64,000 bases of DNA from Candidatus Brocadiia bacterium. GTDB taxonomy: Bacteria; Planctomycetota; Brocadiia; CAIUPP01. Shown here piece by piece: positions 45,972 through 53,655 of the stretch. The stretch is taken from the NCBI GenBank assembly GCA_050015075.1, contig JBEKCB010000005.1:137436-201435 (forward strand), given 5' to 3'. The position numbers and the translations under genes are program-made. Positions within the stretch are counted from its first letter, which is position 1; each line of letters starts with the position of its first letter. The notes under the pieces are model-generated. The model made no database searches, was not told the DNA's origin, and saw only the letters and a list, made by a program, of their open reading frames with translations.

Positions 45972-47398
45972 CTTTGATATCCCTCATCCTTCTGCTGCTT
46001 CCGATCCTGGCCGGGATCGTTTTCGTGTCGCTCCTGTGGCCGGACCGGCGATGGCAGTCGGATTTCGCGCTGAAGGCGTCGCTCAGCGTCGGCATCGGCT
46101 ACGGCATAATCTCCTGCGTCTTCTTCATCTGGGTGCTCTCGTCCGGGAACGCCCATTATTCCGCTTACTTTGCGACGGAGTGCGCGCTTGTGATCATCTC
46201 GGCCGCCGTAGTGGTCGCGCGCGCAAGGAAGAGGGACGGCCGGCCGCCCTGGCGCCCGGACGCCGCGTCTTCGCCGGCGCCCCGGACGCGGCTGCTGATC
46301 CTGGCGGCGCTCCTGCTCCTGATGTTCAGCCGGATAGCGGCCGGCCTGATCGAGGCCGTCGGCCAGCCGAGCGGCGACGCGGACGCCTGGAGCACATGGA
46401 ACCTTCAGGCGCGGTTCCTGTCGCGGGGCGGTCCGAACTGGGTTGATCTTGCCCGGTACAGTTACCCGCATCACACCGACTACCCGCTGATGCTGCCGCT
46501 CTCGGTGGCGCGAGGCTGGCAGGCCGCCGGAATCGAGACCGCCGCCGTGCCCATCGCCATCGGAATATTTTTCACCTTCGGCACGGTCCTTCTGCTGTTT
46601 TGGGCCCTGTCGTTCCTGCGCAACCAGGTCCGCGGTTTCGTGGCCGGCGCGATATTGCTGGGCACGCCGTTTTTCATTCTGCACGGCGCCCGGCAACTGG
46701 CCGACGTGCCGCTGGGCTTTTTCATCCTGGCCGCGACCGTTCTATTCTGTCTTCAGGACAGGCTGACCACCCGCGGTTTCGCACTCGTGGTAATGGCCGG
46801 CGCAGCGTGCGGCCTGGCCGGATGGACCAAGAATGAAGGGCTGCTGTTCCTGGGATGCATGATCCTTGCGCGCTGGGCGACCGTCACGCTCAAGCGCGGC
46901 TGGAGATCGTGGCTCTCCGAGATGCCCTGGTTTCTGGCAGGCCTGCTCCCGGTGCTGGCGATCGTCATCTGCTTCAAGGCCCGGTATGCGCCGCCGAATG
47001 ACCTGCATCTCGGCCAGAACCTCGCCGGTCTTGCAACCCCGTCGCGCTACTGGTACATCGCGAAGGAATTCGCGCGGCAGGCGCTCACCTTCGGCCATTG
47101 GCAGGAATTCGGGCCGGTTCCGCTCAGCCCCGTCCCGCTGCTGGCGGGCTACTGGCTCTGTCGCGGAATCAGCCTGCGCCATGAGGAAGCCGAAGGAGTG
47201 GCCACGTCGTTCCTGGCGCTGATCCTGACCCTCGCAGGCTATTTCTGCGTGTACCTGCTGACCCCGCTCGACCTCGCAACTCACGTAAGGACTTCGTGCG
47301 ACCGCCTCTTCCTGCAACTGTGGCCCAGCCTGATCTTCATCTGCTTCATGGCGCTTCCCAGCCCCGTTGTACAAGCCCAGTCCCTGAAAAGCGACTGA
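45968..47398 (+). CDS. GT-C fold integral membrane glycosyltransferase-like protein
   Basis: DAWSTWNLQAR, HTDYPL, ADVPL, WTKNEG, many TM helices; C-terminal part of ORF 44453..47398. Confidence 0.78.
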   Translation: MTLISLILLLLPILAGIVFVSLLWPDRRWQSDFALKASLSVGIGYGIISCVFFIWVLSSGNAHYSAYFATECALVIISAAVVVARARKRDGRPPWRPDAASSPAPRTRLLILAALLLLMFSRIAAGLIEAVGQPSGDADAWSTWNLQARFLSRGGPNWVDLARYSYPHHTDYPLMLPLSVARGWQAAGIETAAVPIAIGIFFTFGTVLLLFWALSFLRNQVRGFVAGAILLGTPFFILHGARQLADVPLGFFILAATVLFCLQDRLTTRGFALVVMAGAACGLAGWTKNEGLLFLGCMILARWATVTLKRGWRSWLSEMPWFLAGLLPVLAIVICFKARYAPPNDLHLGQNLAGLATPSRYWYIAKEFARQALTFGHWQEFGPVPLSPVPLLAGYWLCRGISLRHEEAEGVATSFLALILTLAGYFCVYLLTPLDLATHVRTSCDRLFLQLWPSLIFICFMALPSPVVQAQSLKSD

Positions 47399-47431
47399 TC
47401 GCCTATCACCCGAACAAGCTATGCCTCCCGC

Positions 47432-47480
47432 TTGACAGCCGCCGATTCTCAGGCCATAATGTTAGTGTTATGTTATCGGT
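47432..47480 (+). promoter_or_regulatory. sigma70 promoter of dinB with downstream TGTTA repeats
   Basis: TTGACA-17bp-CATAAT followed by GTTAGTGTTATGTTATC. Confidence 0.75.
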
Positions 47481-47494
47481 ATAGGCGCAAGAGC

Positions 47495-48661
47495 ATGGCC
47501 GAGACCCGCGACATTCTGCACGTGGACGTGGACGCGTTCTTCGCGTCGGTCGAGCAGGTGCTCGATCCGCGGTTGCGGGGAAAACCGGTCATCGTCGGCG
47601 GCAACCCGAATGACCGGTCGGTGGTGGCTTCCGCCTCCTATCCGGCGCGGGCGTTCGGCGTGCGGAGCGCGATGCCCATCGCGCAGGCGCGCCGGCTCTG
47701 CCCGCACGCGGTTTTTCTGCCGGGCAATTTACAGGCGTACTGCGAATTCTCGGAGCGCGTGCGCGAGATCCTGCTGCGGTTCACGCCGCTGGTCGAGGCG
47801 GCTTCGATGGATGACTTCTACCTCGACTTCACCGGCTGCCGCCCGCTGCACGGCCGCCCGCTCCAGGCGGCGGAGCGGATGAAGTCCGTGGTGCGCGCGG
47901 AGACGGGACTGAGCGTCACCGCCGCGGTCGCCTCGAACAAGCTCCTGGCCAAGGTCGCGTCGGACCTGGCGAAGCCGGACGGCCTCATCGAAGTCCGGCG
48001 CGGCTGCGAGGCGGCGTTCCTGCGGCCGCTGCCGGTCGGGCGGCTGCCCGGCGTCGGCCCGAGTAACGAGGCGACGCTGCGCAAGCTCAACCTCGTGACG
48101 GTCGGCCAGGTGGCGGAAATCCCGCCGGAGTCGCTCGAGCAGATGTTCGGCGCCTGGGGCGCTGCGCTTGGCGAGCGCGCTCGCGGGCGCGACGACTCGC
48201 CGGTGATCGCGGAGGCCGCCCGGCCGAAGTCCATCGGCCGCGAGAGCACTTTTCCGCAGGACACTTCCGACCGCGCCGAGGTGCGCGCGATGCTCTATTC
48301 GCTGACCGAGCGCGCGGCGCGCCAGCTCCGCGAGGAGGGCCTGCTGGCGCGCTGCGTGACGGTCCGGGTCCGCTACGCCGATTTCCAGACCGTGACGGCC
48401 GCGCGCACGCTGCCGACGCTGACCGACCAGGACAAGGCATTCTACGAGACCGCGCTCGAGCAGGTCGAGCGCCTGCTGGCGCGGCGGATGCGGGTCCGGC
48501 TGATCGGCGTGACGCTCTCGGCGCTGGCGTCGTTGCAGGAGCGCCAGGGCGACCTGTTCGCGGAGACGGAGTTCCAGCGGCGGAGGCGGTTCTATCGCGG
48601 GCTGGACCGGTTGCGGGACCGGTTCGGTTTCGAAATCGCCCGCGTCGGCCCGGCGCAGTAG
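47495..48661 (+). CDS. dinB: DNA polymerase IV (Y family)
   Basis: ILHVDVDAFFASVE, SASYPARAFGVRSAMP, ASMDDFYLD, KLLAKVASDLAKPDG, KSIGRESTF. Confidence 0.95.
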   Translation: MAETRDILHVDVDAFFASVEQVLDPRLRGKPVIVGGNPNDRSVVASASYPARAFGVRSAMPIAQARRLCPHAVFLPGNLQAYCEFSERVREILLRFTPLVEAASMDDFYLDFTGCRPLHGRPLQAAERMKSVVRAETGLSVTAAVASNKLLAKVASDLAKPDGLIEVRRGCEAAFLRPLPVGRLPGVGPSNEATLRKLNLVTVGQVAEIPPESLEQMFGAWGAALGERARGRDDSPVIAEAARPKSIGRESTFPQDTSDRAEVRAMLYSLTERAARQLREEGLLARCVTVRVRYADFQTVTAARTLPTLTDQDKAFYETALEQVERLLARRMRVRLIGVTLSALASLQERQGDLFAETEFQRRRRFYRGLDRLRDRFGFEIARVGPAQ

Positions 48662-48713
48662 GTCAGAAAACGTTTTCGCCACGGGTTGACGGAAACGGAA
48701 AGAAAAACGTTTT

Positions 48714-48827
48714 TTGCCGCGGATTTCACGGATTTCCACGGATTACCGTAAACGTCAGAATAAGTTTTCCAGCATCCGTTCCCGTCGTTGCCGGTAATCC
48801 GTGGCCATCCGTGAAATCCGTGGCAAA
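48714..48827. repeat. REP-like inverted repeat (family A, non-amplified copy)
   Basis: TTGCCGCGGATTTCACGGATTTCCACGGATTACCG ... CCGGTAATCCGTGGCCATCCGTGAAATCCGTGGCAAA, between convergent genes. Confidence 0.85.
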
Positions 48828-48852
48828 GACGTTCCGTTGTTCTCCGCCGCGA

Positions 48853-49386
48853 TCAGAACGCGCCGTCTATGACCGGCTTCTCCTGGATGATGTTCCACAT
48901 CTCCGGATAGGTCAGATAGAGACGCGTGTCGTTGAGGATGCGGAAGTGCTCGTTCTCTTCCTCGGCGATCTTGAGGAGGATCTCTTTCTCCTGCGCGTCG
49001 GTCACCGTCTTGGCGGCGCCGGCGTAAAAGAAAAAGGCCTTCTCTTCCATGCCGAGCGCGATGTCAATTGCCTGGACCTCGTCGGTGCTCCGGCGCGACT
49101 TCTTCACCTGCGCGGCGGCGGCCTTGAAAATGGACTGGATCCGTTTCGCCGGGCTCGAGTCGTCCAGCTCGTCCGCGCGGCTCGGCCGCACCCCTTCCTG
49201 CGCGGCCATCTCCTGGAAGATCGCCCGGTGCCGCTCCTCGTCCTTGGAGAGCGACGCGAACATTTTCTTGACGAGCCGGTTCTCGGCCTGCCCGGCGGCC
49301 TTCGAGTAGAACCGGATGCCCTCCTCTTCCATGTGGATCGCAATGCCCAGCGCGTCGGAACGTTTCGCTTTGCCCGCCATGGTCAT
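48853..49386 (-). CDS. rubrerythrin-type ferritin-like diiron protein
   Basis: AIHMEEEGIRFY...DEERH...ALGMEEKAFFFY...EENEH. Confidence 0.9.
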   Translation of the reverse strand: MTMAGKAKRSDALGIAIHMEEEGIRFYSKAAGQAENRLVKKMFASLSKDEERHRAIFQEMAAQEGVRPSRADELDDSSPAKRIQSIFKAAAAQVKKSRRSTDEVQAIDIALGMEEKAFFFYAGAAKTVTDAQEKEILLKIAEEENEHFRILNDTRLYLTYPEMWNIIQEKPVIDGAF

Positions 49387-49468
49387 CTCCTGCGAAGAGT
49401 AACTCCGGAAACGCGCGCCTCATACCGACGATGTTACCGGCGCGCGCCGCTGAAATCAAGCCGCTCCG

Positions 49469-49984
49469 CTACGCCCAGAAATCGTCCTCGGCCGGCGGCG
49501 TGCCTTCGAGCGACCGCCACGCGAAGCCGCCGCCAAGCAGCACCAGCTCGTCCTGGAGCAGCCGTGCGTGCCGCGATTCCTGCTCGACCAGGCTCTCGAA
49601 GAGCTTGCGCGCGGCGGCCTTCCGGCAGCGCGCGGCGCAGCGGCGATAGAAGCTCTCGGAGTCCTTCTCCGCCTGCAGCGCCAGCCGGAGCGACGCTTCC
49701 GGCGTATCGTCATGAGGGAAGCCGGCCACCTCGGCGCGGGAAATCGGCGTGCGCTGAAGTTTCTCCGGGCGCGTCAGCCCCTGGATCGCCTTGCCGAGCA
49801 GCCGCGCGTGCTCGCGCTCCTCCTCGGCGAGGTAGCGGAGCTTGGCGCTCGTCAGGCGGCTCTTCGCCTGGGCGGCCATCCGCGTGTAGCGCCTCAGCGC
49901 GCCCTGCTCCATCCGCAACGCGAAGGAGAGCACTTCATACGGTCCGGCGTCCGCGACCCAGCCCCAGATGCTGCGTGCGCTCAT
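49469..49984 (-). CDS. rubrerythrin-type ferritin-like diiron protein
   Basis: ALRMEQGALRRY...EEREH...ALQAEKDSESFY...QESRH. Confidence 0.88.
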   Translation of the reverse strand: MSARSIWGWVADAGPYEVLSFALRMEQGALRRYTRMAAQAKSRLTSAKLRYLAEEEREHARLLGKAIQGLTRPEKLQRTPISRAEVAGFPHDDTPEASLRLALQAEKDSESFYRRCAARCRKAAARKLFESLVEQESRHARLLQDELVLLGGGFAWRSLEGTPPAEDDFWA

Positions 49985-50832
49985 GGTTTCGTCTCCTCAT
50001 CCTGAATCTCGCCGGTATACACGATCCGCGCGGGGCCGGCGATCCGCGCCGGGCCTTCGCCGCGCCATTCGCCGGTCATTCGGCCGCCCCGCGTGACCAC
50101 CTCGATGCGGTCGCCCGTCAGACCGAGTGTCCGCCCGATCGCGGCCGCCGCGGCCACGCCGCTTCCGCAACTGAACGTCTCGCCGACGCCGCGTTCCCAG
50201 ATGCGCATGTGGACGCGCTCGCGCCCTTCCGCACGGCACCACAGGACGCTCGTCCGCTTGGGGAAAAGCGCGTGGCGCTCGAGCAGCGGGCTGACTTCCT
50301 GAAAGACGCGCTCCTCCACGTCGGCCTCGCCGAAGATCGCCGTGTGCGCGGTGCCGGTGGAGACGCACGAAATCGGGAACGTGCGGCCGGCGATCTCGAG
50401 CGGATGCCGCAGGACGGCCTTTCCGGGCAAGAGAACCGGAATCGCCGCCGGATCGAACTGCGGGACGAGCACAGCGATTTCGACCTCGAAGGCGCCCCGG
50501 CCCAGGTGGCGAACCCGGGCTTCGTGCCGGCCGAGCGGCGTGAGCAGCACTGGGTGGCTTTCCTCGTCCGCCTCGGGCCCGGCCAGGTACGCGGCGGCGC
50601 AGCGCAGGCCGTTGCCGCAGAAGTCCTCCGTGCCGTCCGGGTTGAACATCCGCATCAGCGGCGGTCCGCGCCGGCCGCCTTCGAGCGTCAACAGCCCGTC
50701 TCCGCCGACGCCATGATGCCGATCGCACAGCCGGATGGCCAGCGACGGCGCGTCCGTCACCGGCTCGCGGCGGCCATCCACCAACACCAGATCATTTCCG
50801 CCCGCCTCGACCTTGATGAAATGAAGCGGCAT
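49981..50832 (-). CDS. dapF: diaminopimelate epimerase
   Basis: GNDL, GVGGDG, NPDGTEDFCGNGLRC, WERGVGETFSCGSG. Confidence 0.93.
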   Translation of the reverse strand: MPLHFIKVEAGGNDLVLVDGRREPVTDAPSLAIRLCDRHHGVGGDGLLTLEGGRRGPPLMRMFNPDGTEDFCGNGLRCAAAYLAGPEADEESHPVLLTPLGRHEARVRHLGRGAFEVEIAVLVPQFDPAAIPVLLPGKAVLRHPLEIAGRTFPISCVSTGTAHTAIFGEADVEERVFQEVSPLLERHALFPKRTSVLWCRAEGRERVHMRIWERGVGETFSCGSGVAAAAAIGRTLGLTGDRIEVVTRGGRMTGEWRGEGPARIAGPARIVYTGEIQDEETKP

Positions 50833-50850
50833 CAGTCACCTCGCAGAAAG

Positions 50851-50941
50851 GACGATAGACGACCGACGATAGACGATGGTTCGCAGGGAGCATATCGTCC
50901 ATCGTCCGTCGTCCATCGTCTCCCGTCTATCGTCTGTCGTC
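50851..50941. repeat. inverted arrays of GACGATA/CATCGTC heptamers (family C)
   Basis: GACGATA GACGACC GACGATA GACGATG ... TATCGTC CATCGTC CGTCGTC CATCGTC TCCCGTC TATCGTC TGTCGTC. Confidence 0.8.
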
Positions 50942-53012
50942 AAGCGTCGCCCCCGTCCACCAGCCGTTCCAGCCGGAACGTCGCGGTCCGGCGGACGCGC
51001 TGGAACCACCGGCCCGTCGGATCGAGCGCGGGGAACCACCACGCCGACGGGCGCAGGTCCGCGTGCGGCAGCCCTTCCGAGGCGAGCAGCGCGTTGCGGA
51101 CGAGTTGCAGCCGCGCCGTTTCCGCCGCGCGCTCGACGGTGAGCAGCAGCCGACGCGCCGAGGCGGCCTTCCGCCCGCGTTCGAGCGCCAGCAGCCGCAG
51201 CGCGATCTCGCCCCGCTTTTCGCGGAGCCGGCTCAGTTCCTTCTGCTTCGCCTCAAGCGAGAGGAGCAGCGCACCGCCTTCGCGTTCGGCCTCCGCGTAT
51301 TCCGCGCCGAGCCGCGCCCGTTCGCCCGCGGCCGCATGCGCCGGCAGGTCCGCCAGCTTCCGCTTCAGCGGCCGGATTCTCTCGCGGCTCATCGCGCCGC
51401 GCCGCGTCTCGAGCATCCGGATCTCCGCCACGGCGCTGTCCTCCCGCGCGCGCAAGTCCTGCGCCTTGTGCCGCAGCGCGTCGGCCCGGCGCTGAATCTT
51501 CAGCAGAAGCGCGTTCGCCGCGGCGCACTGCCGCAGCCGCCGGAACCAGGCCGCGTGCTGGTCGTCGGCGAGATAACGCACCAGGTCGCACGCGCCCGCG
51601 ACGCCTTTGAGCTCGCGCAGCAGCCGCTGCTGTTCCTTGACGGCGCTCCGCCAGCGGCGGCTGAACTCCCTGCAATCCAGCGCGGGCTTGCCGAACGCCT
51701 GCGCGAGGTGCTCCGGCATCCGCAGCGCCGCGCCGCAGACCGACAGCGAATCCCACGTGCGCAGGCGCATGCGAAGAAGCGGGTTCACGCGGACGCGCAC
51801 GCCGCTTTTGCGCATCGCCGCCAGCATCTGCTGCGTGCGCGGCAGATACGCCGAGCCGGTCTCGGCGAAGACCATCACGAACTCGGCCGAGAGCATCGCG
51901 GGCAGGGCGAGCGCTTTGCCCAGGAGCGCGACGCCGCCGCCGAGCGCGTCTTCGAGCAGCGCCGCGAGCGTTCGCACGTCGCGCACCGGCTCGGTCAGCG
52001 GCCATTGGCCCGGCTGGCGGAAATCCACCGCGACGAACGCGGGCCCGACGCGCAGCGTGCCGCGTCCGCGGCCGGGCGCATAGACGTCGAACGGCAGCGC
52101 GCCTTCGCCGGAGGCGGCCAACCGGGCCGTCGCCGATTCGCCGGCGGCGGCATCGTAAGCGGCGCGGCAGGCGGCGGAGGTCGCTTCGTCCAGGAAGTGC
52201 GCGGCGAACTGGAACCGCGGCAGGTCGGCCGTGCGGCGATTGAACGCCAGCAGCTCGCGCGCGCCCGCGACGGTGACGTTGGCGGGCAGTGCGCTTAGGA
52301 ATCCTTCGTAGAAACCGCGAAGCATGCGCGCGAAAAGCTCGCCGACGGAGCCTGCCGGGCGCTCTGCGACGAATTGTTTCACCGCTTCAGCATTGCAGGA
52401 GATCGCCGCGCGGACGGACTTCCGGTCCTGCGGCCGGGCCAGGACCGCCTGCGTCCGGCGCGAGGCCCATTCAAGGAGTTCCAGGAGCGCGGGCGCGACC
52501 TCGCGCGCGGGCGTGTCGCATACGACGGAGTCCGGCCCGTTGCCGACGATGCCGCGCCAGCCGAACGCCTCGGTGATCTTGTCCAGCATAGCCTGCCGCG
52601 CGTGTCCTTCGGGCAGGAGCCGGTCGAGCCGCACTCCGGCCTCGGCCAGCGCCTGGCGCGAGGGGCACACTTCGGCGCCGAAGAGCGCGGAGATCTCGCC
52701 CGCCGCGATCCACGCGTCGCGCGTCGTGCCGTCGTTTCGAGGGACAATCTGCCACGGAGAGCGGGAGAGCGGCGACCGCACGCGGGAGAAATAGTCCAGG
52801 TCGTGAATGCCGACGATCATCGGCCGCCCGGCGTCGGCTTGCCCGCCGGAGGCGTTGGCCGCGACGATCGCCTTCATCGGCTCGTCCCAGAGCGGCGTCT
52901 GTCCGAGCGCCAGCAGCGGCGCGCCGGGCGCGGCGCGGTCGAGCTCGCGCAGAATTTCGCGGAGCGATGCCGCCTCGTGCGCTTTGCCTGAATTGATTGT
53001 CCGCGCGCCCAT
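50940..53012 (-). CDS. hypothetical protein with coiled-coil insert (possibly BshC-like)
   Basis: Long ORF with native codon usage; LGQTPLWDEPMK, GIHDLDYF, GSAY, late coiled coil; start inferred from the duplicated 5' end. Confidence 0.75.
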   Translation of the reverse strand: MGARTINSGKAHEAASLREILRELDRAAPGAPLLALGQTPLWDEPMKAIVAANASGGQADAGRPMIVGIHDLDYFSRVRSPLSRSPWQIVPRNDGTTRDAWIAAGEISALFGAEVCPSRQALAEAGVRLDRLLPEGHARQAMLDKITEAFGWRGIVGNGPDSVVCDTPAREVAPALLELLEWASRRTQAVLARPQDRKSVRAAISCNAEAVKQFVAERPAGSVGELFARMLRGFYEGFLSALPANVTVAGARELLAFNRRTADLPRFQFAAHFLDEATSAACRAAYDAAAGESATARLAASGEGALPFDVYAPGRGRGTLRVGPAFVAVDFRQPGQWPLTEPVRDVRTLAALLEDALGGGVALLGKALALPAMLSAEFVMVFAETGSAYLPRTQQMLAAMRKSGVRVRVNPLLRMRLRTWDSLSVCGAALRMPEHLAQAFGKPALDCREFSRRWRSAVKEQQRLLRELKGVAGACDLVRYLADDQHAAWFRRLRQCAAANALLLKIQRRADALRHKAQDLRAREDSAVAEIRMLETRRGAMSRERIRPLKRKLADLPAHAAAGERARLGAEYAEAEREGGALLLSLEAKQKELSRLREKRGEIALRLLALERGRKAASARRLLLTVERAAETARLQLVRNALLASEGLPHADLRPSAWWFPALDPTGRWFQRVRRTATFRLERLVDGGDA

Positions 53013-53066
53013 GCATTCAGCATGCGGGAAACGGGGGCAAAATGCAAGTCCGGCGCGGGTGGGCGC
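52921..53066. repeat. 146-bp direct repeat, left copy
   Basis: Ungapped alignment to 56065-56210; I counted 12 mismatches. Confidence 0.92.
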
Positions 53067-53142
53067 TGAACTCTGAGCCTTGGTTTTGGGGTATAATAAG
53101 CTGGCGGCGGAGCGCGGGGCTGTCAGATTCGGGTGAAGCAAA

Positions 53143-53650
53143 ATGGCGACCGATCAGCCGGAATCGGCGACCGGGAAACCGCCTGAAACGGCGTTCCGAA
53201 GACTGCTGCGTCAATGGCACATCGCAGCGATGGGACTCCTTCTCGTAGCGACAGGGATCCTAGCGCCGCTTGTGGCCCTTTTCACGGGCTGGCCTTGCAA
53301 GGTTTTTTTATTGCCGCTGGCGCTCCTCGTTGCGCTCATCCCGATGTGTTTCACAGATATCCTCTTTAGCGGAAAAAATCCGCGTGGTTTCCCTGACGTT
53401 GCTGATGCTCATCACGGCGGGGCTTGCGGTCTTAATTGGCTATGGAGTTTATGCGATTGGAAGACCGCCGATCGAGGGCAAATCTGACGCAGAGGTGTCA
53501 ACAGGAATAATCTTTATAATGAAGGAATTCTGGCCTTCCATTATTGGCACCCTCGTTGCCGCAGTCCCGGTCGCGGCTATTATGCCGATTTCTTCGTCTC
53601 CACTGGGAGGAACGCGAACTTTTTCACGCCGGCCTCACCAATTCCGGTGA
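53143..53650 (+). pseudogene. frameshifted multi-TM membrane protein
   Basis: Hydrophobic helices in ORF 53143..53487 continue in frame 53270..53650; removing one A from the A6 run (53373-53378) joins LFSGK to IRVVSLTLL. Confidence 0.6.
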
Positions 53651-53655
53651 GCCGA

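Noticed and set aside
48853-49984. Encapsulin cargo system
   Set aside because: No encapsulin gene nearby and no recognisable LxIGSL-type targeting peptide
48811-51495. 894-aa plus-strand ORF
   Set aside because: Antisense to the ferritin-like genes and dapF; Arg/Ser/Ala-rich shadow
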